DNA of 24,000 bases from Paenibacillus thermotolerans. GTDB taxonomy: Bacteria > Bacillota > Bacilli > Paenibacillales > YIM-B00363. Each line of letters opens with the position of its first letter. The stretch's first letter is position 1. Positions 14,128-21,762 of this stretch are shown here, in pieces. The notes beneath the pieces are model-generated. The model searched no databases, had not been told where the DNA came from, and saw nothing but the letters and a program-made list of their open reading frames with translations. A program made the position numbers and the translations under genes. Where the stretch lies: positions 21,856 through 45,855 of the forward strand of contig NZ_JAQZSG010000031.1 in NCBI RefSeq assembly GCF_028745515.1, written 5' to 3'.

Positions 14128-15645
14128 TTACTCGCTATACTCCTCTATCGCTTGCTGCAGCGTCCCTCTCGTTTCCACTTTGTCTTGCAGCGCAATCCCT
14201 AACTCAACCATCGTATTGGTAATTTCGGGCCGAATGCCGGTGATGACCGCTTTGCAGCCTTGTATGCCGATCCCGTTCACGATTTTAAACAAATGCGAGA
14301 CGATCGCCGTATCCATGTAAGCGACCGCGGATAAATCGATAATGATCCTCTTGATTTTCAATCGAAATATTTGCTCCAGCACGCTTTCCTGTATTTTTTT
14401 CGCGCGAAGCGTATCCATCGTGCCGACGATCGGAAGAATGGCGATATGGTCGGACAAAGGAATGACAGGTACGGATAATTCCTCAATCACTTCCCGCTGC
14501 GCTTGAAGAAGCTCGTTCTTATACTCGGAGAAGCTGGAAGAAAAGTGTTTCAAGTACGTGTCCAGATTGGAATTGACCTTCCTCTCGATTTCGAAAAACT
14601 GTTTCTGCTCAAGCTCGATATTCGAATAATAGTTATAAAGAAAATCCCAATACAGCTTACGCAGCGTTTGAATCCATTCGAGCTTTAAAATTAAGTCCAA
14701 ATTGTTTTTGGCCCAGTTTCTTCCGTGCTCCTTAGCGTGAATAATAAGCCCGTGCTCATTGCTCTCATTCAGTAAAAGAACCACTTGCCGTGCGGACTGA
14801 AGAACGAAATCCATACTTCCCGCCGACGAATCTTTCACCGACTCAAAGGTCTCCTTCCAGCGGTGCTTCAGTATTTCATCAAATTTATCCTGATTGTCCG
14901 TAAAATAGTGCGAAAATTCCTGTTGCTCGGTAAACATCAAATTCAATGTAACCACTCCCGGCTGGTCGATTTGTTGTAACGGAAATTTGATCTTGAACTC
15001 CGTCCCTGCTCCCACTTTGCTCTTTACATTAATTTTCCCGGCATGCTCGTAGATGGTCGCAAAAACTTGAGTCAGCCCCATTCCGGTTCCTTCTGTTTTA
15101 GAGGTGTAAAATGGAGTTCCCAGCAGATTGATTTTTTCCGGCGGGATGCCGACTCCCGTGTCTGAAATCGCAATAACCAATTTCCCGTTTGAAATATAAT
15201 GCCTGATCGTGATCGTACCCTGATCCGAGATGGCCTCGAATGCATTTTTTAACAGGTTAAAGAACGCCTTTTTTAATTGATTTCGTTTTCCGTAAATGTT
15301 TACTTTCGTATTCGAAAACTGTTTTATTATCGTTACGTGATACGATTTCTCTTGAAACAAGTACAGTATGGACTCCAGTTCCGCACAAAGATTGATGGAA
15401 TCGAACGGCTCGTCCTCTAAATCGGGCTTGGAAACATGCAATAAATTTTGTAAGGTGGAAAGCGCGTTTTCCAGCTCGGTATAGGCGAAATCAAGATATC
15501 GGTGCGACGATTCAGCCTTTAACAGTTGAAGAAAACCTTTCACCGCGGTTAAAGGGTTTTTCACCTCATGGGCAATGCCTGCCGCGATTTGGCCGATTGA
15601 TGCTAAACGGTCTAAGGTCAAATCGGCTTCATTTACCCTAGCCAT
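14128..15645 (-). CDS. histidine kinase core (HisKA + HATPase_c) fused N-terminally to an RsbR-type module (globin-like sensor domain + STAS)
   Basis: 505 aa from the ATG at 15645, which overlaps the upstream stop as ATGGCTAG. An alternative TTG at 15669 follows AAGAAGG. The H-box IAAGIAHEVKNPLTAVKGF lies about 25 aa from the N-terminus. The N-box is FFNLLKNAFEA and the G-boxes are DTGVGI and GTGMGLTQV. The C-terminal third (ELSVPVIPLSDHIAILPIVGTMDTLRAKK...IIIDLSAVAYMDTAIVSH...ITGIRPEITNTMVELGI) parallels the B. subtilis RsbRA STAS domain and keeps both phosphorylatable Thr positions. Confidence 0.88.
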   Translation of the reverse strand: MARVNEADLTLDRLASIGQIAAGIAHEVKNPLTAVKGFLQLLKAESSHRYLDFAYTELENALSTLQNLLHVSKPDLEDEPFDSINLCAELESILYLFQEKSYHVTIIKQFSNTKVNIYGKRNQLKKAFFNLLKNAFEAISDQGTITIRHYISNGKLVIAISDTGVGIPPEKINLLGTPFYTSKTEGTGMGLTQVFATIYEHAGKINVKSKVGAGTEFKIKFPLQQIDQPGVVTLNLMFTEQQEFSHYFTDNQDKFDEILKHRWKETFESVKDSSAGSMDFVLQSARQVVLLLNESNEHGLIIHAKEHGRNWAKNNLDLILKLEWIQTLRKLYWDFLYNYYSNIELEQKQFFEIERKVNSNLDTYLKHFSSSFSEYKNELLQAQREVIEELSVPVIPLSDHIAILPIVGTMDTLRAKKIQESVLEQIFRLKIKRIIIDLSAVAYMDTAIVSHLFKIVNGIGIQGCKAVITGIRPEITNTMVELGIALQDKVETRGTLQQAIEEYSE

Positions 15646-16036
15646 ATCTCTTCCACTTGCTACAGACAATTGATGTACCTTCTTTCGATGTTGTGATCCG
15701 AAACTCGTCCATCATCCGCTTTGCGCCTGCCAATCCCAAACCTAGCCCGGTAAACGATGCAGGCCTCTCCCCGTTTAATATGCGTTCGACATCAACGATC
15801 CCCCCTCCGTTATCTTGAAACGTCATTCGCACGCCTAGATTGTCTACCGGCTCACAAGCGAAGCTTCCGTCAGCCCCGGCATGATCCAATATATTGCGGG
15901 TCAATTCCGAGACGGTTACTATCACTTTTTGTTTATCCATTTCGGAGAATCCAAGCTGATTCATTAGCAATCGAACCTTATGCAAGGCTAAAAAAATATC
16001 GTTCTCGGTACTTATCTTCATGCTGCTGCTTGACAT
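15638..16036 (-). CDS. RsbT-like serine/threonine protein kinase (anti-sigma regulatory factor type, GHKL fold)
   Basis: 132 aa: KISTENDIFLAL...LGFSEMDKQKVIVTVSELTRNILDHAG...FQDNGGGIVDVERIL...FTGLGLGLAGAKRMMDEFRI...GTSIVCSKW. This is collinear with B. subtilis RsbT as I recall it (TEWDIVAARQ..LGF...TAISELARNI..YAG...DQGPGI.D...GGLGAGLPGVKRLMDEF...GT.I...KW). Confidence 0.85.
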   Translation of the reverse strand: MSSSSMKISTENDIFLALHKVRLLMNQLGFSEMDKQKVIVTVSELTRNILDHAGADGSFACEPVDNLGVRMTFQDNGGGIVDVERILNGERPASFTGLGLGLAGAKRMMDEFRITTSKEGTSIVCSKWKRYG

Positions 16037-16065
16037 GACACCTCATTTCCTCCGGTTGCCAAAAC

Positions 16066-16074
16066 ATTATGGCA
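16066..16074 (-). promoter_or_regulatory. possible extended -10 element (TGcCATAAT) for the rsbT-like operon
   Basis: The minus strand reads TGCCATAAT about 30 nt upstream of the ATG at 16036, immediately after the strong terminator. I could not identify a good -35. Confidence 0.25.
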
Positions 16075-16080
16075 TTAATT

Positions 16081-16126
16081 AAAAAAAGCCTAAATAAAAG
16101 CTGCTCTCACAACTTTTACTTAGGCT
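16081..16126 (-). terminator. strong rho-independent terminator about 45 nt upstream of the rsbT-like start
   Basis: 14-bp stem AGCCTAAATAAAAG (16087-16100) / CTTTTACTTAGGCT (16113-16126), one mismatch, 12-nt loop. On the minus strand it is followed by TTTTTTT (plus-strand A-run 16081-16087). Confidence 0.65.
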
Positions 16127-16235
16127 TATGTCCAGCGATCGTTCTGGCTCATTACTGCCACAAAAAAAATGTCGAATGCGATTGTGTTATGAGATATCCG
16201 TCTAGCTTAAGGTTTCCCGTTAGCAATTATCTGCA

Positions 16236-16265
16236 CAAAAGGTAAAAACGTCCTCACTTTTACCC
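16236..16265 (-). terminator. weak AT-rich hairpin plus T-run, first terminator-like element after ubiB
   Basis: The minus strand reads GGTAAAA-gtgaggacgt-TTTTACC followed by TTTTGTG. The stem is only 7 bp and AT-rich. Confidence 0.3.
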
Positions 16266-16338
16266 TTGATTAGTTTATATGAATTTTCATAAAGAAAACA
16301 AGTTTTTCTTTATTTTTGTTTACGATTCGACCGGTCCG

Positions 16339-18012
16339 CTAGAACCGTCCGGAGCGGAAGATGGCATAAATTAGCCAAAAAAACATAAATACCGCAATGG
16401 CTAACCCGATCTCGATAACCGGAATGCGCCACAGAACGGATTGGGTATGGCTCAATGCCGCTCCGACAATAAGTCCGACCATGACAATGCTTAAAGAAAG
16501 CAGCACGATGCTGAACGATAACCGGTTGCTGATGCGGTCCATTTTTTTCATCAGCTCGTCCAGCTGCGGAACCGCAACCTCCACTTGCACTTTCCCTTTG
16601 CGCATCAGCGAAGTCAAATGCTTGAGTCCCGAAGGAAATTCGCGGAGCACCTCCAAATAATCGGGCACGTCGTCCATCCACGATTTCAGCATCTGAACCG
16701 GGCTTAGACGCTCCAAAAACAGCTTCTTCCCGAACGGTTCGGCCACGTCAAAGACGCTGAACGTCGGATCGAGCGCGGTAACGACTCCTTCCATCGTCAA
16801 AAGCGCCTTCCCAAGCAAAGTCAATTCCGTCGGGATTCGGATGCGGTGGCGGAGCGCCACGTCAAATAAATCTTTGACCGCTCCTCCCAAGCTTACCCGG
16901 TCCAGCGGCACTTTGTAATATTTATCGCGCATTTCGTCTACATCCGCATACAGCCGGTCCTCGTTCACATCCTCCGGAACGATGCCCATATCGGAAATGG
17001 CGCGAACGACTCCTTTGGAGCTTTGATTACGCAATGCGATGACGAACGAGACGAAATGCTTTTTCATCCCGGGAGTCAGCCTGCCCGCCATGCCGAAATC
17101 GAGCAGCATAAGGCTGCCGTCCCTAAGCGCAAGCACGTTGCCGGGATGGGGGTCGCCGTGAAAAAATCCCTCAACCAATACCTGATGCAATATGGTTTTG
17201 GCAAACCGCTCCGCGAGCCTTCTCCGGCCCAGTCCCGCCCGATCAAGCTTTTCTTGGTCGGATAGCTTAATTCCTTCTACATATTCCATTGTCAATACCC
17301 GGCTTGTGCAGTAATCCCAATATACTGCCGGCACATGGACTTGATCCCATTTGCCGCTTTGATTCGCGAACTTTTCGGCATTTCGCGCTTCCGACGTATA
17401 ATCGAGCTCGGCGCGCAGCGCCTTTCTCAATTCGTCGACTATGTCGCGGAGTCGGTAGTTTCTGGCCCACCCCAGGCGGGCTTCGGCCAATCTCGCCCAT
17501 GCGGTCAATATGTCCAAATCGGTTTCGATCACCGGCTGAATGTCCGGACGCTGCACTTTGACGGCGACGGGGGTGCCGTCCTTTAATACGGCGCGATATA
17601 CTTGACCGATGGACGCGGCCGCAACCGGGGTCTCGGAAAATTGCATAAACAGCTGCTCCACGGCCCCGCCCAGCTCCTGCTCGATTATGTAGGACGCTTC
17701 CTGATACGAGAAAGCGGGTACATCGTCCTGCAGACGCTCCAGCTCCGACAAGATCGGCGCAGGAATCAGATCGGGCCGCGTGCTTGCAATTTGGCCAAGC
17801 TTGACGAATGTCGGCCCCAAATCCTCCAGCAGCAGACGAATGCGCTCCCCGACGCTCTTGCCGCGAATTCCTTGTCGTTCCTTGCCGCCGCTGAACGGAA
17901 CCCATTCGGTCAAACCCATCTCTTGAAATATATAACCGAAGCCGTTGCGCGCAAAAGCCGAAGCGATCGTCCGGTACCGGCGCAGCCGGCGAATCCGTTT
18001 CCCAGCGTTCAT
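16339..18012 (-). CDS. ABC1/UbiB (ADCK)-family atypical protein kinase with C-terminal TM helices
   Basis: 557 aa from the ATG at 18012 (RBS GGAGGAGG, 3-6 nt spacer). It contains LGPTFVKLGQIASTRPDLIP, AAASIGQVYRAVL..G..VAVKVQRP and FFHGDPHPGNV.....G.L.LLDFGM. The C-terminus is hydrophobic (IVLLSLSIVMVGLIVGAAL, IGLAIAVFMFFWLIYAIF). Confidence 0.92.
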   Translation of the reverse strand: MNAGKRIRRLRRYRTIASAFARNGFGYIFQEMGLTEWVPFSGGKERQGIRGKSVGERIRLLLEDLGPTFVKLGQIASTRPDLIPAPILSELERLQDDVPAFSYQEASYIIEQELGGAVEQLFMQFSETPVAAASIGQVYRAVLKDGTPVAVKVQRPDIQPVIETDLDILTAWARLAEARLGWARNYRLRDIVDELRKALRAELDYTSEARNAEKFANQSGKWDQVHVPAVYWDYCTSRVLTMEYVEGIKLSDQEKLDRAGLGRRRLAERFAKTILHQVLVEGFFHGDPHPGNVLALRDGSLMLLDFGMAGRLTPGMKKHFVSFVIALRNQSSKGVVRAISDMGIVPEDVNEDRLYADVDEMRDKYYKVPLDRVSLGGAVKDLFDVALRHRIRIPTELTLLGKALLTMEGVVTALDPTFSVFDVAEPFGKKLFLERLSPVQMLKSWMDDVPDYLEVLREFPSGLKHLTSLMRKGKVQVEVAVPQLDELMKKMDRISNRLSFSIVLLSLSIVMVGLIVGAALSHTQSVLWRIPVIEIGLAIAVFMFFWLIYAIFRSGRF

Positions 18013-18025
18013 TCGCCTCCTCCTG

Positions 18026-18334
18026 TCAGCTCTCGGGATTGATGCTTCGGCTTCGTTCCGACGCCTCAAGCCGCCGTTCGAGCCGTTCAATGTCCTCTTT
18101 CGTGGCGAAATGCAAACCGCTCAGAACGGCTTGTACCCGCTCGCCGGCAATATCCTCGATTTGCTTCCTTGTTTCATCTCCCTTCTTGATGAGCTCTTCG
18201 GCGAACGCTTTGGATTCCGTGCGGGAAACCTCGCCTTTTTTCACGAGCTCCTCCACCGTTTTCTCAACCTGTTCTTTGCCCGCCATAACGATTCCCAATC
18301 CGAGCGAAACGGCTTTTGTAATCGTGTCTTTCAT
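18026..18334 (-). CDS. phasin-like coiled-coil protein (PHA synthesis regulator/phasin family)
   Basis: 102 aa, with RBS GAGGGAG 9 nt upstream. It reads MKDTITKAVSLGLGIVMAGKEQVEKTVEELVKKGEVS...ATKEDIERLERRL. It ends 13 nt before the ubiB-like start, so the two are probably co-transcribed. Confidence 0.75.
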   Translation of the reverse strand: MKDTITKAVSLGLGIVMAGKEQVEKTVEELVKKGEVSRTESKAFAEELIKKGDETRKQIEDIAGERVQAVLSGLHFATKEDIERLERRLEASERSRSINPES

Positions 18335-18529
18335 GTTTCACGGCTCCCTCTTTTGCCAATTTGTTTCCTCCTATATAATGATGAAGCAAATGTTGGTTTT
18401 TCATCCGCTTTTCGCATGTTATAACTATATAGGTACGATCTTTCATCCCTGTTCTTACAGTGCGAAATAAAAACCGGCAAGCAAGGAACATTATAAACAT
18501 TTCACTTATCATTCGAAGGGAAGATTTAT

Positions 18530-19144
18530 TTGAACGCCGTTGTGTTCGACTTGGAATTGGTCAAGCGGTTTAAGAAGGGACAGCTTAGCGAGATCGTTGA
18601 AATCGGGGCATGTAAGGTGGATTTGCTTGAGAGGAAAATTATCGATCATATACAAATCTACATTTGTCCGAAAAGAGGATACATATCGAAAAGCACCCGC
18701 AAATTTATCAACATGGCTGAAGAAGATTTGGACAAAGCGGTTCCGTTCGAAGAAGGAATCGAGCGGTTCAAAGATTGGCTCGGAGAAGATTATTATTTAT
18801 GCTCTTGGGGCAAAGACGACAAAGTGCACCTAGTGAACGAATGCGTCCGTAATCACTTAAAGCTCGACTGGATCAAAAATTATAACGATATTCAACATTC
18901 GATCGGAAAGCTGTTGTCGTCGAATACGAAAAACCAGCTGGGGCTCAAAAACGCTCTAAAGCTGGCGGGCTTTGAATTTAGCGGTATCGCGCACAGAGGG
19001 ATCGACGACGCGGTGAATACGGCCATGCTGTTGATTGCATATGCCGATCGAATTAAGCTCAGCAGAAATCAAATCGCGCAAGATGCTGCCGCGCAGAAGA
19101 AGACGCATCGCTCCAAGCGCCGTCCGCGCACTGTAACCCGTTGA
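18530..19144 (+). CDS. DEDDh 3'-5' exonuclease, KapD/ERI-1-like
   Basis: 204 aa with a TTG start and RBS GAAGGGAAG 7 nt upstream. The Exo motifs are VVFDLEL..., SWGKDDKVHL and the C-terminal HRGIDDAVNTA. Size and layout resemble B. subtilis KapD. Confidence 0.85.
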   Translation: MNAVVFDLELVKRFKKGQLSEIVEIGACKVDLLERKIIDHIQIYICPKRGYISKSTRKFINMAEEDLDKAVPFEEGIERFKDWLGEDYYLCSWGKDDKVHLVNECVRNHLKLDWIKNYNDIQHSIGKLLSSNTKNQLGLKNALKLAGFEFSGIAHRGIDDAVNTAMLLIAYADRIKLSRNQIAQDAAAQKKTHRSKRRPRTVTR

Positions 19145-19150
19145 CATTCA

Positions 19151-19675
19151 CTACCCGAGTTCTCCAATCACACAGACGACGGGCACAGGGTTCTGATCGC
19201 CGAGCACGATCGGTCTGACTTCGAAGCCGGCGTTAAGCAGGTTTTGTTTTGTTTTTTCCGCAATTGCATTCACTTGCTCGGGCTTGGGCGGTTGATTGAA
19301 CAAGTACACCGCGCCGCCCGGCAGCAGCAGTTTGCGGATCATAGCAAGCTCGCGGTCTGCCTTCATCCAGAACAAATTGACGTTGACGGCAAATATTTTG
19401 TCAAACCTGGATTGATTCAGAGCTGCCTCGTGAAACGGTGCAGCAAGAAAGCTTGCTTTCCCTTCCGAAACGAATTCGGCGTTCGTCTTCTTCGCGATTT
19501 CGATCATTGTTTCGGAACGGTCGATAGCAGTTATCGCACCATTGTCCAACCTCTTGCAAATATATGAAATCAAAGCTCCGTTTCCGCAGCCGAGTTCAAG
19601 CAGACGATCGGAAGGATTTACAGCCAACGTTTCTAAGGCCCATAAAAGCCGCTCTGCGATCGGCTTTGTTGTCAT
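19151..19675 (-). CDS. class I SAM-dependent methyltransferase
   Basis: 174 aa from the ATG at 19675 (RBS AGGAGG, 10-nt spacer). Motif I is LLELGCGNGAL, and a post-I acidic residue follows (ITAIDRSE). Confidence 0.85.
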   Translation of the reverse strand: MTTKPIAERLLWALETLAVNPSDRLLELGCGNGALISYICKRLDNGAITAIDRSETMIEIAKKTNAEFVSEGKASFLAAPFHEAALNQSRFDKIFAVNVNLFWMKADRELAMIRKLLLPGGAVYLFNQPPKPEQVNAIAEKTKQNLLNAGFEVRPIVLGDQNPVPVVCVIGELG

Positions 19676-19733
19676 CGCGCCAGAGCCTCCTACCTTCAAG
19701 TTTTTGTTTACCTGATGATGAAAATTGCTTCGC

Positions 19734-20315
19734 TCAACCTATTGAATCAATATGCCGGCTCAGCACCTCGACGATTCGTTCGCGGTCCAATCTCTTAGGC
19801 TCTAGCATCGCATGCAGTGCCAGCCCATCAATCATTGCATACAACCGTTCGGCCTCGACTTCTTTGTCCAATCGTTTGTCGAACAAGCGCTCTTGATCCA
19901 AAAATTCGATGATATTTCTCATTCCCTCAAAAATTCCATCATGCCGTGCGTCAAACGAAACTTCCGCATATTTGCTGTGAAAGGTAAAGGCAAACCATAC
20001 TTCCATTTCAGCCATCTTGTTATCGTCTACAGGCACAAGCTCGAGCAATATTGAAAGAACTTTTTCCTTCGGCGGCATGTCGCGCCGGATCATGTCATTG
20101 ATTCGACTGTTGACCCGCTCCTTGACGAGATCCATAGCGAAAGCAAGCAGTTCTTGCTGGGTTGTGAAGTAATGGCGCAGCGCTCCAAGCGATAACCCTG
20201 CTTCTTCCGCAATCTTTCTTACTGTCGCCCCCTTCATTCCCTGATTCAAGATAACGCGCCATGTAGCCTCAGCGATCTGAACCTTTCTTTCCGTACGATC
20301 CACTATTTTCGGCAT
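19734..20315 (-). CDS. TetR/AcrR-family transcriptional regulator
   Basis: 193 aa. The HTH reads ATWRVILNQGMKGATVRKIAEEAGLSLGALRHYFTTQQELL. Confidence 0.9.
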   Translation of the reverse strand: MPKIVDRTERKVQIAEATWRVILNQGMKGATVRKIAEEAGLSLGALRHYFTTQQELLAFAMDLVKERVNSRINDMIRRDMPPKEKVLSILLELVPVDDNKMAEMEVWFAFTFHSKYAEVSFDARHDGIFEGMRNIIEFLDQERLFDKRLDKEVEAERLYAMIDGLALHAMLEPKRLDRERIVEVLSRHIDSIG

Positions 20316-20352
20316 GTCCTAATCTTATCAAAGGGCAAATGCAAACACAATT

Positions 20353-20420
20353 AAATAATACAGTTGTATTATTTAGGGTGTGACGATATACTTACTTGTG
20401 TTATTTAATACATCTGTATT
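20353..20420. promoter_or_regulatory. two related palindromic operators in the TetR / membrane-protein divergent intergenic region
   Basis: Site 1 is AAATAATACA-gt-TGTATTATTT (20353-20374), with perfect 10-bp arms. Site 2 is AATACA-tc-TGTATT (20407-20420). Both share the core AATACA-N2-TGTATT. Confidence 0.45.
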
Positions 20421-20440
20421 TTTAATAGAGGAGCATGATC

Positions 20441-20983
20441 ATGGGGTTTGTGGCGTGGGCAATTATCGCTTGTGAAATATTGTTTTGGGCCGTTATTTTG
20501 TCGGGACTTATTGCACGTTATGTGTTCAAACGGCAAAAGCCGGGTTTCATATTGCTGGCATTAACGCCGGTTATTGACTTTTTATTATTAGTAACGACGA
20601 GCATTGACCTGATGCAAGGGGCGGCAGCCACGACGGCTCATGCGATTGCGGCGGTGTATATCGGAGTTTCGCTTATTTTCGGGAAAGGCATGATCGAATG
20701 GGCGGACGAACGGTTTCGCTATTACGTTGCGAAGCAAGGGCCGAAACCGATGAAGCGTTACGGTATCGATTATGCGAAGCATCAATTCAAGGGATGGATT
20801 AAGCACGTATTTGCCTTTTTGATCGGAGCTGCGCTTTTGATCGGGCTAATGCTCGTCATTAACGACTCGGCTCGTACTCAAGCTCTATCCGGAGTGTTGA
20901 AAATCTGGATGCTTGTACTTGGGATAGACTTTATAATCACCATGACTTACTGGATCTGGCCGAGGCAAGCGAAGCAGCCTTAA
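20441..20983 (+). CDS. hypothetical membrane protein (family not recognised)
   Basis: 180 aa from the ATG at 20441 (RBS AGAGGAG, 7-nt spacer; the track ATG at 20435 is 1 nt from the RBS). Hydrophobic helices include FVAWAIIACEILFWAVILSGLI, FILLALTPVIDFLLLV and VFAFLIGAALLIGLMLVI. Confidence 0.7.
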   Translation: MGFVAWAIIACEILFWAVILSGLIARYVFKRQKPGFILLALTPVIDFLLLVTTSIDLMQGAAATTAHAIAAVYIGVSLIFGKGMIEWADERFRYYVAKQGPKPMKRYGIDYAKHQFKGWIKHVFAFLIGAALLIGLMLVINDSARTQALSGVLKIWMLVLGIDFIITMTYWIWPRQAKQP

Positions 20984-21007
20984 GCTTATTTTATAGGAGG
21001 CTTGCCT

Positions 21008-21724
21008 ATGTTACCGAAAGCCTTATTATTGGATCTCGACGATACGATTATTTCATTTGATCATGGCGTTGATCTCGATCGTTGCTGGAAAGAGGCTTGC
21101 AGCAAGCATCTGCATGTGCAAGATGCAAATATTGAACATGTCGTATCCCTCATCAAATCGCAGGCAACATGGTTCTGGAGCGACCCCGAGAGGCATCGGA
21201 TCGGACGGATGGATCTTGACCGGGCAAGAATAAGCATTGTCGCAAAAGCACTGGAAGATGCCAAACTTGACCATAGAGCTGCAGCCGAACGCATAGCGAC
21301 CGAATATGGAATGATGCGTGACGAGGCTGTCTCCTTATATCCCGGCGCGGTCGAAGCGCTGCATTACTTCCGTGATGCCGGCATGAAGCTTGCGCTCATA
21401 ACGAATGGAAGCTCACGCGCGCAAAGAAAGAAGATTGAGCGCTTCGGATTGGCTCCATTGTTCGATTGCATCATTATCGAAGAGGAATTCGGGGCCGGCA
21501 AGCCTGCTCCTGAAGTGTATATTCATGCTTTGGAACAACTCGGTGTCCGCGCGGATGAAGCTTGGATGATCGGGGATCGTTATGAATGGGAGGTTGCCGC
21601 ACCTCAGAAATTAGGCATTAAGGGCGTCTGGGTAAATCCGAAAGGCACGGAGTGTCCGTCACCTATGCTCCCCTTTAGAACGATTGACACTCTAAGCGAA
21701 GTAATAAGTTTCTTTACGTCTTAA
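21008..21724 (+). CDS. HAD-superfamily hydrolase (subfamily IA-like)
   Basis: 238 aa from the ATG at 21008 (RBS AGGAGG, 7-nt spacer). Motif I is LLLDLDDTII, motif II LALITNGS and motif IV MIGDRYEWEV. Confidence 0.9.
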   Translation: MLPKALLLDLDDTIISFDHGVDLDRCWKEACSKHLHVQDANIEHVVSLIKSQATWFWSDPERHRIGRMDLDRARISIVAKALEDAKLDHRAAAERIATEYGMMRDEAVSLYPGAVEALHYFRDAGMKLALITNGSSRAQRKKIERFGLAPLFDCIIIEEEFGAGKPAPEVYIHALEQLGVRADEAWMIGDRYEWEVAAPQKLGIKGVWVNPKGTECPSPMLPFRTIDTLSEVISFFTS

Positions 21725-21729
21725 GACTC

Positions 21730-21762
21730 AAAAAAAGAGGTTGCCTGTCGACGGCAGCCTCT
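21730..21762. terminator. bidirectional terminator between the HAD and ArsR genes (T-run strongest on the minus strand)
   Basis: 10-bp stem AGAGGTTGCC (21736-21745) / GGCAGCCTCT (21753-21762) with one G-U pair and a 7-nt loop. The minus strand continues with TTTTTT. The hairpin abuts the ArsR stop at 21763. Confidence 0.6.

Noticed and set aside
17267-18042. A 212-aa minus-strand ORF (17267..17905) and a 146-aa plus-strand ORF (17602..18042) overlapping the ubiB-like gene.
   Set aside because: The alternative-frame and antisense translations are Arg/Gly/Ser-rich with no recognisable motifs. The 16339..18012 frame carries the full ABC1 kinase signature.
18264-18512. A strong AGGAGG-N7-TTG context (minus strand, TTG at about 18359) opens a 31-codon reading frame overlapping the phasin start. 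It is part of the 82-aa track ORF.
   Set aside because: The frame differs from the phasin gene, the product is short and basic with no motif, and the phasin ATG at 18334 has its own RBS. It cannot be excluded as a tiny upstream ORF, but nothing supports it.
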